59,534 bases of DNA from a virus (lineage: Duplodnaviria > Caudoviricetes): the IMG/VR virus record IMGVR_UViG_3300020393_000002, positions 1 through 59,534 of that record; one strand, 5' to 3'. The notes beneath the pieces are model-generated. The model ran no database searches. It had not been told where the DNA came from and saw nothing but the letters and a program-made list of their open reading frames with translations. Below, piece after piece: positions 1-9,409 of this stretch (position 1 is the stretch's first letter; every line of letters starts with the position of its first letter). The translations under genes were made by a program, and so were the position numbers.

Positions 1-52
1 TTGGGCTTACCCCTGAACAATATGCGCAACAATTATTGAAGGAATCAACAAA
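1..52. repeat. 52-bp direct repeat of the window end (circular assembly overlap)
   Basis: 1-52 is identical to 59483-59534; the scaffold ORF reads across the join to TGA at 57-59. Confidence 0.95.
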
Positions 53-498
53 TGGATGAGAACGTATTTGACAGAGAATCTAGAGAAACAACAACTAGAG
101 ATTCTGAAAAAAGGAAAGCAACATGGCAAAGACCATCAGCTTTACCTGACCCTGCACCCCAAGAAGGTGTTGAATATCGTTGGATAAGAACATCTGCTCT
201 CGGTCAATCAGATATGACAAATGTTTCATCTAAATTTCGTGAAGGTTGGGAGCCAGTGAAACTGGAAGACCATCCAGAGCTAAAAATACTTCCTGATGTA
301 GATTCTAAATTCAAAGGTAATGTAGAGGTTGGAGGATTGCTACTTTGTAAGAACTCCAAGGAAAACATGGATGCCAGAAGGGACTTTCAACAAAACCAAG
401 CATCTTCACAGATGCAGGCTGTTGATAATAGTTACATGAAGGAATCCGACCCCCGTATGCCAGTTCTCAAACCAGAGAAAAGCACACGCACTTCGTAA
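52..498 (+). CDS. conserved head-module hypothetical protein
   Basis: 148-aa ORF between scaffold and capsid genes; YRWIR and EGWEPV motifs. Confidence 0.7.
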   Translation: MDENVFDRESRETTTRDSEKRKATWQRPSALPDPAPQEGVEYRWIRTSALGQSDMTNVSSKFREGWEPVKLEDHPELKILPDVDSKFKGNVEVGGLLLCKNSKENMDARRDFQQNQASSQMQAVDNSYMKESDPRMPVLKPEKSTRTS

Positions 499-532
499 GT
501 AATATTAATAAATTAACCGAAGAGGTATAAAA

Positions 533-1132
533 ATGAGCAGCACAGCAGCACCATTTGGATTAAACCCTATCGGTAGATTCGACACAGGTTCATTAGAGGT
601 GTTTAGACAATACCCTATTAAATCTGGTGAAAGTACAGCTATAGTTAAGGGCGATATCGTTCAACTAGTAAATGCCAGTAATGCAACTACTATTGCAAAA
701 ATGACAGGCACTATGGATGGTTCAGCAACTGACTTATGTGGTATTTTCATGGGTTGCCGATTTACAGATCCAAATACTAATCAGTTGACTTTTAGTCAGC
801 ATTTTCCAGCAAGCACCGTAGCATCTGATGCAATGGCTTATGTGGTAGATGATCCTAATGTATTATTTACTATACAAGCTGATGGATCTTTCACAAACGA
901 AAGAGACATATACGGTAAAAACGCACCTGTAGTTCAAAATAGCGCTAACACAACACTAGGTATTTCTCGTGTTGCATTAGATGCTTCTGAAATATCTACA
1001 AATGCAGGTGATGGTATTAAAATAATAGACTATCTAGGCGGTGACTTAGGTGATGAAAAAGGAAGCAGCTTTCCAATATTGGTTTGCAAATTCAATTATC
1101 ATCAGCTTACATCAACTAGTGGCGCAGCTTAA
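533..1132 (+). CDS. putative capsid decoration/minor capsid protein
   Basis: 199-aa beta-rich ORF just before the MCP; GAGG RBS. Confidence 0.6.
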   Translation: MSSTAAPFGLNPIGRFDTGSLEVFRQYPIKSGESTAIVKGDIVQLVNASNATTIAKMTGTMDGSATDLCGIFMGCRFTDPNTNQLTFSQHFPASTVASDAMAYVVDDPNVLFTIQADGSFTNERDIYGKNAPVVQNSANTTLGISRVALDASEISTNAGDGIKIIDYLGGDLGDEKGSSFPILVCKFNYHQLTSTSGAA

Positions 1133-1144
1133 GGAGGTTGTAAT

Positions 1145-2050
1145 ATGGCTATTTCAAGAGCGCAACTCCTCAAGGAGCTATTACCCGGTCTAAACGCTTT
1201 GTTTGGATTAGAGTATGAGAAGTATGAAGATGAGCATACTGAAATTTATGAAGTAGAAAACTCAGAGCGTAGTTTTGAAGAAGAAGTAAAGTTATCTGGT
1301 TTTGGGGCAGCCCCAGTAAAGCCAGAAGGCTCTGCTATTTCTTATGATTCTGCACAAGAGTCATTTACTTCAAGGTACAACCACGAAACTGTGGCTATGG
1401 GCTTTTCAATAACAGAAGAGGCAATGGAAGATAATCTTTATGATTCATTGTCTGCTCGTTATACAAAAGCACTAGCAAGAGCGATGGCTTACACAAAGCA
1501 GACTAAAGCTGCTTCATTGCTTAACACAGGCTTTGACACATTCCAAAGTGGCGATGGTGTAACATTGTTTAACACAGCTCACCCAACAGTGGCTGGTGGT
1601 AACAATAAAAATAGATTGACAACAAATGCTGACTTGAACGAGACATCTCTAGAACAAGCAGTTATTGACATTGCAGCTTTCGTAGACGAAAGAGGCTTGT
1701 TAATTGCAGCAAGACCTAGAAAACTTATCGTTCCACCAGCGCTAATGTTTGTTGCAACTAGAGTGTTACAATCAGAGCTAAGAGTTGGGACAGCAGATAA
1801 CGACTTAAACGCAATCAGAACCAACGGATCTATTCCAGAGGGTTTTGCTGTTAATCACTATTTAACAGATACAGATGCGTTTTTCTTGACAACTGATGTT
1901 CCTAACGGAATGAAGATGTTCGTGAGAACACCAATGTCTACATCAATGGATGGGGATTTCAACACAGGTAACGTAAGATACAAAGCCCGTGAGAGATACT
2001 CATTTGGTGTGTCAGATCCTCTCGGAATGTTTGGTTCACCGGGAGCATAA
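1145..2050 (+). CDS. major capsid protein
   Basis: MAISRAQLLKELLPGLNALFGLEY N-terminus and RYKARERYSFGVSDP C-terminus typical of a widespread aquatic phage MCP family; AAGGAGG RBS; terminator follows. Confidence 0.9.
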   Translation: MAISRAQLLKELLPGLNALFGLEYEKYEDEHTEIYEVENSERSFEEEVKLSGFGAAPVKPEGSAISYDSAQESFTSRYNHETVAMGFSITEEAMEDNLYDSLSARYTKALARAMAYTKQTKAASLLNTGFDTFQSGDGVTLFNTAHPTVAGGNNKNRLTTNADLNETSLEQAVIDIAAFVDERGLLIAARPRKLIVPPALMFVATRVLQSELRVGTADNDLNAIRTNGSIPEGFAVNHYLTDTDAFFLTTDVPNGMKMFVRTPMSTSMDGDFNTGNVRYKARERYSFGVSDPLGMFGSPGA

Positions 2051-2057
2051 ACCCCTA

Positions 2058-2090
2058 AAGGGAGCTGTTCCTTTCCGGCTCCCTTCCTTT
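2058..2090 (+). terminator. probable intrinsic terminator after MCP
   Basis: AAGGGAGC/GCTCCCTT stem followed by CCTTT. Confidence 0.55.
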
Positions 2091-2137
2091 AACCCTTGAC
2101 TGCATTAGCAGACATTTGCCAAGACAAGGAGTTTGAC

Positions 2138-2689
2138 ATGGCTAATACAACTTTTAACGGTCCGGTCCGATCAGAGAACGGATTTCAAGTAATTTCAAAA
2201 AATGCAACCACTGGCGCTATTACTACAGTGGCAAGCACAGCATCTACTGGAATTGTAACCAATAAATTTATTAAACATGTAGGTTTTGCATCAGGTGTAA
2301 CCTGTAACACAACTGCAGGTGACAGTGACAATATTGGTCAATTTACTCAACCAGCTAATACAATCATTACAGATATAAAAATATTTTGTGACTCAGCACC
2401 AACACTAGGTAGCTCAGGTGATATCGGCTATGAGGTCGGTACAACAAGTTCAGGTGCGCAAATTGTTGCTGCTGTAACAGATGAAATACTAGATGGAGGA
2501 ACTACTGTAGTAGAACACAATGTAACAGTTACATCATTAGTTCTGCAAACACAGAGCGGCACGACTGCTCCAGCTTCTGTTCAGTATACATCTGCAGAAA
2601 GAACTATATTTTGTAATATCACAAATACACAAGATGCAACAACACAAGGTTCTTTTACATTCATAATCGAATACGTTCAAATAGCGTAG
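2138..2689 (+). CDS. putative virion structural protein
   Basis: Start moved to ATG 2138 (AGGAG RBS); MANTTFNGPVRS N-terminus; Thr/Ser-rich. Confidence 0.65.
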   Translation: MANTTFNGPVRSENGFQVISKNATTGAITTVASTASTGIVTNKFIKHVGFASGVTCNTTAGDSDNIGQFTQPANTIITDIKIFCDSAPTLGSSGDIGYEVGTTSSGAQIVAAVTDEILDGGTTVVEHNVTVTSLVLQTQSGTTAPASVQYTSAERTIFCNITNTQDATTQGSFTFIIEYVQIA

Positions 2690-2698
2690 GAGGTATAA

Positions 2699-2983
2699 AT
2701 GGCAGGTCGATCAGACGTAAAAGCCTTTAACTTTAACCAAGGTGACAGCGCTGCTGTTGTTGGTCCAGATAGAACAAGAATAAGACAGGTGGTTATTTTT
2801 GGAAATGCCGCAGGAGTGTTAACTATCAAAGATGGATCAGGAGGAGCAGACTTATTAGTTCAAAGTTTTCCAACAGGATTACATACTTTGAACATACCAG
2901 ATCAGGGTATATTAGCAGAAAGTGGTGCCTATATACACGGATTTACTGGATCTGGAAATAAGTTAACTTTGTTTTTATCGTAA
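2699..2983 (+). CDS. small structural hypothetical protein
   Basis: 94-aa ORF with AGGAGG RBS. Confidence 0.65.
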   Translation: MAGRSDVKAFNFNQGDSAAVVGPDRTRIRQVVIFGNAAGVLTIKDGSGGADLLVQSFPTGLHTLNIPDQGILAESGAYIHGFTGSGNKLTLFLS

Positions 2984-3273
2984 TGGCTACAAAAAAAGGG
3001 ACTATGAAAGGTCACACTATCAGCGGTGGGCATAAGCGGCCCACTAAAGCTGGTGCAGGTATGACTAAAAAAGGTGTTGCAAAATACCGAAGAGATAATC
3101 CCGGATCTAAACTCAAGACAGCAGTTACAGGAAAAGTAAAGCCCGGCAGCAAAGCTGCAAAGAGGCGTAAGTCTTTCTGTGCCAGATCTGCGGGTCAAAT
3201 GAAGAAGTTTCCTAAAGCAGCTAAGAATCCTAATAGTCGTTTAAGACAAGCTAGAAGAAGGTGGAAGTGTTGA
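2983..3273 (+). CDS. small basic protein (DUF6321-like)
   Basis: RRKSFCARS and SRLRQARRRWKC motifs; K/R-rich. Confidence 0.65.
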   Translation: MATKKGTMKGHTISGGHKRPTKAGAGMTKKGVAKYRRDNPGSKLKTAVTGKVKPGSKAAKRRKSFCARSAGQMKKFPKAAKNPNSRLRQARRRWKC

Positions 3274-3653
3274 TTAGTAGAGCATCAATTAAACAACAGA
3301 TGAAAGGTAATCGTATGAAAAAGAAACCTGTAATGAAAAAAAATATAGGAAAAATTCTTAAAGAAACAAGTCCAGTATTTGGAACTTTAACTGGCAAAGG
3401 TGGAATGGGTGCTTTGGCATCATCTGGTGCTTTAGGCGCTTTACCAGCCGCTATTGCTAGACCTAAAAGAAAAAAAGCTAAAATGAAAAAAGCAGCTAGA
3501 ATGAGCGCTTCATCTCCACAAATGCAGCCTAGTAGTCCTTCAGCTGGTATGGGCATGACAGAAATGACAAGAAGAATGGCTATGGGTGGAGAGATAAAAA
3601 GAACAAAACCTATAGATGGTATTGCAATGAAGGGTAAAACAAGAGCTATATGA
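3261..3653 (+). CDS. basic protein with MAMGG motif
   Basis: K/M-rich ORF ending DGIAMKGKTRA; start uncertain. Confidence 0.6.
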   Translation: MEVLISRASIKQQMKGNRMKKKPVMKKNIGKILKETSPVFGTLTGKGGMGALASSGALGALPAAIARPKRKKAKMKKAARMSASSPQMQPSSPSAGMGMTEMTRRMAMGGEIKRTKPIDGIAMKGKTRAI

Positions 3654-3808
3654 TTAAGCAAGAAGTTTGTCCTATATGTAAAACAGCATTAAAGGACACA
3701 AAAGAAAAGCAAGTACAATGTGTCACATGTAAAGCATTAATCTCTACTGAGATTGAATGGCAAAGTAGATACGGATACGATTGGGTACAGGAAGATGCCA
3801 AAACGTAA
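3650..3808 (+). CDS. small zinc-ribbon protein (not in ORF track)
   Basis: 52 aa, MIKQEVCPICK...QCVTCK; ATGA overlap with the upstream stop. Confidence 0.6.
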   Translation: MIKQEVCPICKTALKDTKEKQVQCVTCKALISTEIEWQSRYGYDWVQEDAKT

Positions 3809-4055
3809 TTATCGTGGTGAGTATGATAACTACCACAAGCAAACAGATCAGAAGAAACGTAGAGCTAGTAGAAACACTGCTAGATCTAAGATGAAGACTG
3901 CTGGTCGTGTTAAGAAGGGTGACGGCAAAGACGTTGCTCATAAGAATGGCAATCCTAGAGATAACAAGAAAAAGAATCTCACAGTGAAGCCAAAGTCAGT
4001 AAACAGATCTTTTGCAAGAACTAGTAAAGCTAGAAAAGTAAACAGGAGAGCTTAA
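3795..4055 (+). CDS. basic HNH-like protein
   Basis: DVAHKNGNPRDN...NL...NRS motif; likely start ATG 3795. Confidence 0.6.
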   Translation: MPKRNYRGEYDNYHKQTDQKKRRASRNTARSKMKTAGRVKKGDGKDVAHKNGNPRDNKKKNLTVKPKSVNRSFARTSKARKVNRRA

Positions 4056-4360
4056 TGAAACAACCTATGAGACTTAAATCTGGGGGATTTATATCTTCTG
4101 GAACAGATGCTGGTGACCTAAAAATACTGAGGACAGCAAAGAATATAGATGATGGAAGCGCCAATGGCATGAAAGCTGGAGGCAAAGTAAAGAAAAGTAG
4201 AGTCAATGAGGCAGGTAATTACACCAAACCCGGACTTAGAAAAAGAATATTTAATAGAATAAAAGCAGGCGGCAAGGGTGGAAGACCCGGTCAATGGTCT
4301 GCTAGAAAAGCACAGATGATGGCTAAAGCCTATAAGAAAGCAGGTGGCGGCTACAAATAA
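4055..4360 (+). CDS. small basic protein
   Basis: NYTKPGLRK...GQWSARKAQ...YKKAGGGYK; two xxGG motifs. Confidence 0.65.
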   Translation: MKQPMRLKSGGFISSGTDAGDLKILRTAKNIDDGSANGMKAGGKVKKSRVNEAGNYTKPGLRKRIFNRIKAGGKGGRPGQWSARKAQMMAKAYKKAGGGYK

Positions 4361-4371
4361 GGAAATACTAA

Positions 4372-4977
4372 ATGGACCCATTAACAATTACCGCTGCAAT
4401 GAGTGTAGCCAATAGCGCATTTAAGGCTATTAAAGGCGGCTTCGCAGCAGCAAGAGATATAGAACAGATGAGTGGGGACATAGGTAGATGGATGGGAGCT
4501 GTCTCTGATATTGACAATGCAGAAAAACAAGCAAAGAATCCTCCCCTTTTCGGAAAGTTGTTTAAAGCTGGATCTATAGAAGAAGCAGCTCTCGCTGCAT
4601 ATGCAGCAAAAAAGAAACTCGAAGAACAAAGATACGAGTTAAAAATGTTTTTAAATATGACTTACGGACCGCAAGCATATAATGATTTGTTAGCTATGGA
4701 AGGTCAGATAAGAAAGCAAAGGCAAGAAACTGTTTACAAGCAACAGCAGTTGAGAAGGCAGATAGGCGAAGCTGTAACTTGGTTTATTGTAGCAGCTATA
4801 ATCGGCGGTTTTGCCGTTTTAGTTGCTGGTATTTGGATAAAGCAATCTAGGGCTGATGGTTATAAATATAAACCAAAAGACTATACCAAGCAGCAAAAAA
4901 TATGGCAGGGTAAAACTAAAAAAAAAAATATACTACATGTAGACTTGCTAAAAGAATTAAATCAAAAACTGGTATGA
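4372..4977 (+). CDS. coiled-coil membrane protein, possibly extended by a -1 shift to 5132
   Basis: TM segment WFIVAAIIGGFAVLVAGIW; A11 run at 4918-4928. Confidence 0.7.
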   Translation: MDPLTITAAMSVANSAFKAIKGGFAAARDIEQMSGDIGRWMGAVSDIDNAEKQAKNPPLFGKLFKAGSIEEAALAAYAAKKKLEEQRYELKMFLNMTYGPQAYNDLLAMEGQIRKQRQETVYKQQQLRRQIGEAVTWFIVAAIIGGFAVLVAGIWIKQSRADGYKYKPKDYTKQQKIWQGKTKKKNILHVDLLKELNQKLV

Positions 4978-5128
4978 TGGCTTGTATTTACAAAGGTGGC
5001 AATGAAACATATGAGATGATGATCGAAAGCTGGTGTCCAAAGAAGTTTAAATGTGTTTACAATCCTTGGCAAAAAGAGCCTAATATAGATGATGTTATAA
5101 ATTCACTAAATAGTGCGGTTAAGAACAA

Positions 5129-5455
5129 ATGAAAACGAAACAAAAGAAATTACAATCATCAAGTAAGTACAATGAGTATGATATAGATGGAGATGGCATT
5201 GTTTCTGATGCAGAGCTTTCTAATATGAAAGAGATAAAGGAAACAGAAACAGCCTTACGCAAAAACCTTGCTCAACTAAGAATGGCAAGGTATACTTTAA
5301 TAGCTATGGGATTATTTACTTTTATGATGTTCATGCCTTTTATTAGCATAGAAAGAATTAATGCACTTGCAGAAATTTCTTCACTTTTCTACATTTCAGG
5401 CGCAGGCATCGTGGGTGCATACATGGGTACAACAGCTTGGATGAATAAAAAGTAA
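5129..5455 (+). CDS. two-TM membrane protein with EF-hand-like loop (holin-like)
   Basis: DIDGDGIVSDAE loop plus two hydrophobic helices. Confidence 0.6.
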   Translation: MKTKQKKLQSSSKYNEYDIDGDGIVSDAELSNMKEIKETETALRKNLAQLRMARYTLIAMGLFTFMMFMPFISIERINALAEISSLFYISGAGIVGAYMGTTAWMNKK

Positions 5456-5718
5456 TGGGCGGATTGAAAAAACCACAAAGGAGTTTAAAGGCTTGGGGTA
5501 AACAGAAGTGGCGAACCAAAAGTGGTAAACCTAGTACACAAGGGCCAAAGGCAACAGGTGAGCGTTACTTACCTGAAAAAGCAATTAAGGCTCTTTCGCC
5601 CTCTGAATATGCCCGTTCTACGGCTGCTAAACGAAAAGCAACTAGAGCAGGTAAACAAGTATCTAAACAGCCCAAAAAGATTGCAAGAAAGACGAGAGCT
5701 TATAGAAAGGTCAAATAA
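5455..5718 (+). CDS. small basic protein (DUF5872-like)
   Basis: WRTKSGKPS...GERYLPEKAIKALS motif. Confidence 0.65.
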   Translation: MGGLKKPQRSLKAWGKQKWRTKSGKPSTQGPKATGERYLPEKAIKALSPSEYARSTAAKRKATRAGKQVSKQPKKIARKTRAYRKVK

Positions 5719-6402
5719 ATGGCAGTAGTAGTACCAGATCTACCAGACTTGTTTGAAGAGGCTTATCTTAGAGCAGGCTCTGAAATGAGAACTGGTAATG
5801 ATTTAAGAAATATAAGAAGAAGTTTTAACATTCTTACTATGGAATGGCAAAACAGAGGTCTTAATTTATGGACAATAACATCAGGAACATTGTCTTTAAG
5901 TTCTGGAACTGCAACATATACCATGCCATCAGATACAGTTGATTTGCTTGAGCATACGATAAGGACAGGGACAGGAACGAGTCAGGTAGATACAAATCTT
6001 ACAAGAATAAGTGTTTCAACATTTGCTCAGATATCCTCAAAGAACACACAAGGTAAACCAACACAAATATTTGTACAAAGATTAGCAGGTTCAGTAACAG
6101 TAACAATGTACCCAGTTCCAGATAATCAAGACACATATACCCTATCTTTCTTTCGAGTTGTGGGAATTGATGGGATGTCATCGGGAATAGATGGGACAAC
6201 AACATCATTTATACCACCAAGGTTTGTTCCTTGTTTGGTATCGGGATTGGCTTACTATGTAGCCATGAAAGACCCTGAGTTAGCATCAAGGGTCACAGCG
6301 TTGAAACAAGAGTATGAGTTTCAATTTGAGCTTGCAGCAGGCGAAGATACTGAGAGTGCCTCTGCTAGATTTGTACCCTATAACACATTTTATGGAGCGT
6401 AA
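5719..6402 (+). CDS. putative head-tail adaptor
   Basis: EWQNRGLNLW, YPVPD and LVSGLAYY motifs; position after head genes. Confidence 0.6.
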   Translation: MAVVVPDLPDLFEEAYLRAGSEMRTGNDLRNIRRSFNILTMEWQNRGLNLWTITSGTLSLSSGTATYTMPSDTVDLLEHTIRTGTGTSQVDTNLTRISVSTFAQISSKNTQGKPTQIFVQRLAGSVTVTMYPVPDNQDTYTLSFFRVVGIDGMSSGIDGTTTSFIPPRFVPCLVSGLAYYVAMKDPELASRVTALKQEYEFQFELAAGEDTESASARFVPYNTFYGA

Positions 6403-6404
6403 AA

Positions 6405-6785
6405 ATGCCACAATACAAAATCAAAAGCGGTGATACATTATCACAAATAGCAAAAAGTAAAGGATTTACCTTAAAACAATTAAAAGCTGCAAATCCTAAA
6501 ATAACAGACATGAACAAGATTAGGGCTGGTGCAACATTGCAACTACCATATTCAGCAACAGGTTTAATGAGTAGAAAGAAAGATGTAGGAACATCCAGAA
6601 GAGGCCCTTACTCTGGAATGACCAAAACGCAGATGGCTAAGATGGCAGGAAAGTCAACAAAGAAAACACCAACTAAAGTTGCTTTGCCAAAGAAAAGACC
6701 AGCAATGGCAGTAAAACCAGCACAGAAGAAGAAGTTAGCTGGTGCCGCTGGTAGAATAGCAAGAAGAAAAGCAAGGAGAGCCTAA
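6405..6785 (+). CDS. LysM-domain protein with basic tail
   Basis: YKIKSGDTLSQIA...LKAANP...IRAGATLQLP LysM consensus. Confidence 0.85.
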   Translation: MPQYKIKSGDTLSQIAKSKGFTLKQLKAANPKITDMNKIRAGATLQLPYSATGLMSRKKDVGTSRRGPYSGMTKTQMAKMAGKSTKKTPTKVALPKKRPAMAVKPAQKKKLAGAAGRIARRKARRA

Positions 6786-7132
6786 TGCCTATTAAGATTG
6801 TTGCTAAGAAAAAGCCAAAAAAAGATCCATTTAGAGCTGATAAAACACAATCTTTAAATAAAGATTTTAGTAAAAGAACTGCAAAAGCCAATCAAGAAGC
6901 CATGAAAAATGTAAAAAAGAAAATGGGTGGCGGAATGATGAATAAAAAATCTATGGGCTATGCAGGTGGTGGTTCTTTAAAACCAGTGCCAGAAGGTAAT
7001 AAAGGCAAGGGTCTTAGTAAATTACCTACAGAAGTTCGCAATAAAATGGGTTTTATGAAAAAAGGCGGCAAAGTCATGAAAATGCGTGGTGGCGGAATGG
7101 CTGATAGAGGTATAAGTTTTAGAATGAGATAA
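6785..7132 (+). CDS. basic protein with repeated xxGG motifs
   Basis: KMGGG, YAGGG, MKKGG, MRGGG. Confidence 0.65.
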   Translation: MPIKIVAKKKPKKDPFRADKTQSLNKDFSKRTAKANQEAMKNVKKKMGGGMMNKKSMGYAGGGSLKPVPEGNKGKGLSKLPTEVRNKMGFMKKGGKVMKMRGGGMADRGISFRMR

Positions 7133-7148
7133 AAGTTAACGGTAACTT
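7133..7148. promoter_or_regulatory. palindromic operator AAGTTA-N4-TAACTT
   Basis: AAGTTAACGGTAACTT in an intergenic gap; one of 8 copies. Confidence 0.6.
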
Positions 7149-7151
7149 ATA

Positions 7152-7802
7152 GTGTCGAGATTAATATGTAATTTGCCTGCAATAAACTTGTGGGTAAGAA
7201 AAGAATACTTAAGAGACCATGAAGATGGTCATGGTGAGTTTGTGAAAGGTGTATGGATATCTTGTAAGTCCTTACCGGGTAGAGCTTTTTACTTTGAGAC
7301 ATACTTGCCAGAATACGGTGCAATGTTTGATAAGTTACCTATAAGTGCTTTTGTTAGTGAGCCTAAAACACCTAACCCTGATTTGCCTTTATATAATTTA
7401 CAGTTTTGGAATTGTATGGACTACAATGTAACATGTATACAAAAACAATTTATAGGGTCTATGAGTTACGAGGTGTATACGAGAGATGCAGGTTCAGTCA
7501 AAGGATCTTATGTTGCAACACTAGATAATTATCATGGTGATATAGATACAGTTGATTTTAGCACTAGCGAGACACCAGAAGAGCATAAGTCACATAATAT
7601 TATAGAATTAGAAAATGGTCAGTACTGTTTGTATCCAAATAATAGAACTAGAATATACGACAACAGCTTAACACCCGCAGAACCATTAACACCTGATTTT
7701 AAAGTTAGCACATATTATTATCAGGTAGAAAATGAGAATAAATTAGAAAGATTTGGAGATAGTGAAGAATATTTTTATAAATCTAAGAAAGAAAAGAAAT
7801 GA
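7152..7802 (+). CDS. conserved phage hypothetical protein
   Basis: NLP...VRKEYL, GAMFDKLPISAF, EHKSHN and YPNNR motifs. Confidence 0.75.
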   Translation: MSRLICNLPAINLWVRKEYLRDHEDGHGEFVKGVWISCKSLPGRAFYFETYLPEYGAMFDKLPISAFVSEPKTPNPDLPLYNLQFWNCMDYNVTCIQKQFIGSMSYEVYTRDAGSVKGSYVATLDNYHGDIDTVDFSTSETPEEHKSHNIIELENGQYCLYPNNRTRIYDNSLTPAEPLTPDFKVSTYYYQVENENKLERFGDSEEYFYKSKKEKK

Positions 7803-8320
7803 GTTATTCATCAGGTAGAAATGCATATGGAATATGTGACAAAACAGGATTTAGATACGATTTAAAAGACTTAGTGTTTGAATACAGAAATGGCAGTAAA
7901 ACTGGGTTGCGTGTTGGCATAGATGTAGTCGATCCAGACCATCCGCAAAACTTTATAGGTAGAATGAAGTTTAATGACCCACAATCTATAAAAGACGCAA
8001 GGCCAGATAGGGTAGAGCCTGCAACAGAAAGATTATTGTTGGTTAATCCATTCACAACTGCCGCTCCTGCTGGAGGAAACACTGTCGTAACAGTTACAGA
8101 AAAAAATCATGGAAGATCTACATCTGATGTTGTTAGATTTAGAAACTGTTTGGGTTTTGATGGTTTAACAGCCGCAAACTTTAATTTAGCTACAGGATAT
8201 GCTATAACTAAATTAACAGATGATACATATACTATTACTGTTGCTGCGGAATCTACCTCTGGATCAATTACAGGTGGTGGGGTGTTTGCCACAGTAGGAC
8301 CAGTTACTTTGGAGGCTTAG
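7799..8320 (+). CDS. virion protein with N-terminal CDKTG motif
   Basis: GICDKTGFRY...DHPQ then a beta-rich HG...GD-type domain. Confidence 0.6.
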   Translation: MSYSSGRNAYGICDKTGFRYDLKDLVFEYRNGSKTGLRVGIDVVDPDHPQNFIGRMKFNDPQSIKDARPDRVEPATERLLLVNPFTTAAPAGGNTVVTVTEKNHGRSTSDVVRFRNCLGFDGLTAANFNLATGYAITKLTDDTYTITVAAESTSGSITGGGVFATVGPVTLEA

Positions 8321-8968
8321 ATGAGCTTTACATTTGCGCAGTTAAAAACAGCAATACAGGATTATACTGATAATTCAGAAACATCTTTTGTAAATCATCT
8401 ATCCGACTTTATAAAAGCAGCCGAAGAAAGAATATTTAAGAATGTTGACCTAGAGATATTTAGAAAGAATGTTACATCAGCATTAACAACAAGTGATAAG
8501 TTTGTAACAATACCAACAGATTACTTAGCATCTTTTTCATTTCAAATCACTACAGCAGGCAGTGAGTCATTCCTTTTACAAAAAGATGTAAACTTCATAC
8601 AAGAAGCATATGATGCCTCGTCCTCTACAGCCAAGCCAAGATTTTATGCACAGTTTGATGCAAATAATTTTATCGTTGGCCCTACCCCAAACTCCAATTA
8701 TGCAATAGAATTACATTACTATTATAGACCAACTAGCTTAACTGCTGGTGCAGATAGTGGCACAACATGGTTAAGCACTAATGCACCATTTGCATTATTG
8801 TTTGGCTCGTTAGTAGATGCGTATATTTTTATGAAGGGTGAGCCTGATTTGATACAACAATATGAGAAAAGGTTTATGGATCAATTAACAAGACTTAAAG
8901 ATTACGGAGAGGCAAGAGAAAATACTGATGCTTACTCTGAGGGTCTACCAAGAGCGCAGAGAACATAG
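8321..8968 (+). CDS. putative tail adaptor/tubular protein
   Basis: LKTAIQDY, FIKAAEERI, GPTP, TWLS and LLFGSL motifs. Confidence 0.65.
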   Translation: MSFTFAQLKTAIQDYTDNSETSFVNHLSDFIKAAEERIFKNVDLEIFRKNVTSALTTSDKFVTIPTDYLASFSFQITTAGSESFLLQKDVNFIQEAYDASSSTAKPRFYAQFDANNFIVGPTPNSNYAIELHYYYRPTSLTAGADSGTTWLSTNAPFALLFGSLVDAYIFMKGEPDLIQQYEKRFMDQLTRLKDYGEARENTDAYSEGLPRAQRT

Positions 8969-8977
8969 GAGTAGAAT

Positions 8978-9409
8978 ATGGCAACAGCAAACGCAGCGAC
9001 CAATTATCTAGAAAGAAGATTGTTACATTTTATATTTAAAAATAACTCTCTCAGTTTTTCTAGTCCGGGAGACAGCATTTATGTAGGACTTGCAACAGCA
9101 GTAAGCGCAGCAGAGACAGGTTCTTTGACAGAGGCAACCTTCACAAACTATGCAAGACAGCAAGTAGGTGCTTCCAGTTGGACAACTATAGGATCTGATT
9201 CTACAGACACACAGACAGCGATAAATGCATCTAATATTGAGTTTCCAGCCTCTGGCGGAACAAACAATACAATAACACATGTATTTATTGCAGATGCATC
9301 TAGCAGTGGTAACATATTATTTGTTGGTGCATTAGATGCAAGTAAGGCAATAGCAAGCGGTGATATATTTAGAATAAATGCAGGCAACTTAACAATAGAG
9401 CTTAAATAA
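8978..9409 (+). CDS. tail protein
   Basis: YARQ, IEFP and ITH...DA...GN motifs of small tail proteins. Confidence 0.65.
   Translation: MATANAATNYLERRLLHFIFKNNSLSFSSPGDSIYVGLATAVSAAETGSLTEATFTNYARQQVGASSWTTIGSDSTDTQTAINASNIEFPASGGTNNTITHVFIADASSSGNILFVGALDASKAIASGDIFRINAGNLTIELK

Noticed and set aside
1-52. Biological direct terminal repeat
   Set aside because: It is short and falls inside the scaffold gene, as expected for an assembler circular overlap
1145-2050. Specific host or named phage genus
   Set aside because: Low GC and gene content suggest a marine proteobacterial podophage, but assignment needs database comparison
2096-2137. TTG-start extension of the 2138 gene (similar extensions at 10867, 39304, 42375, 47600, 50304)
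   Set aside because: Downstream ATGs have a clear RBS or translational coupling, and several extensions cross regulatory DNA
7133-7148. Operator as a CtrA box
   Set aside because: CtrA sites are TTAA-N7-TTAA; this motif has different half-sites and spacing
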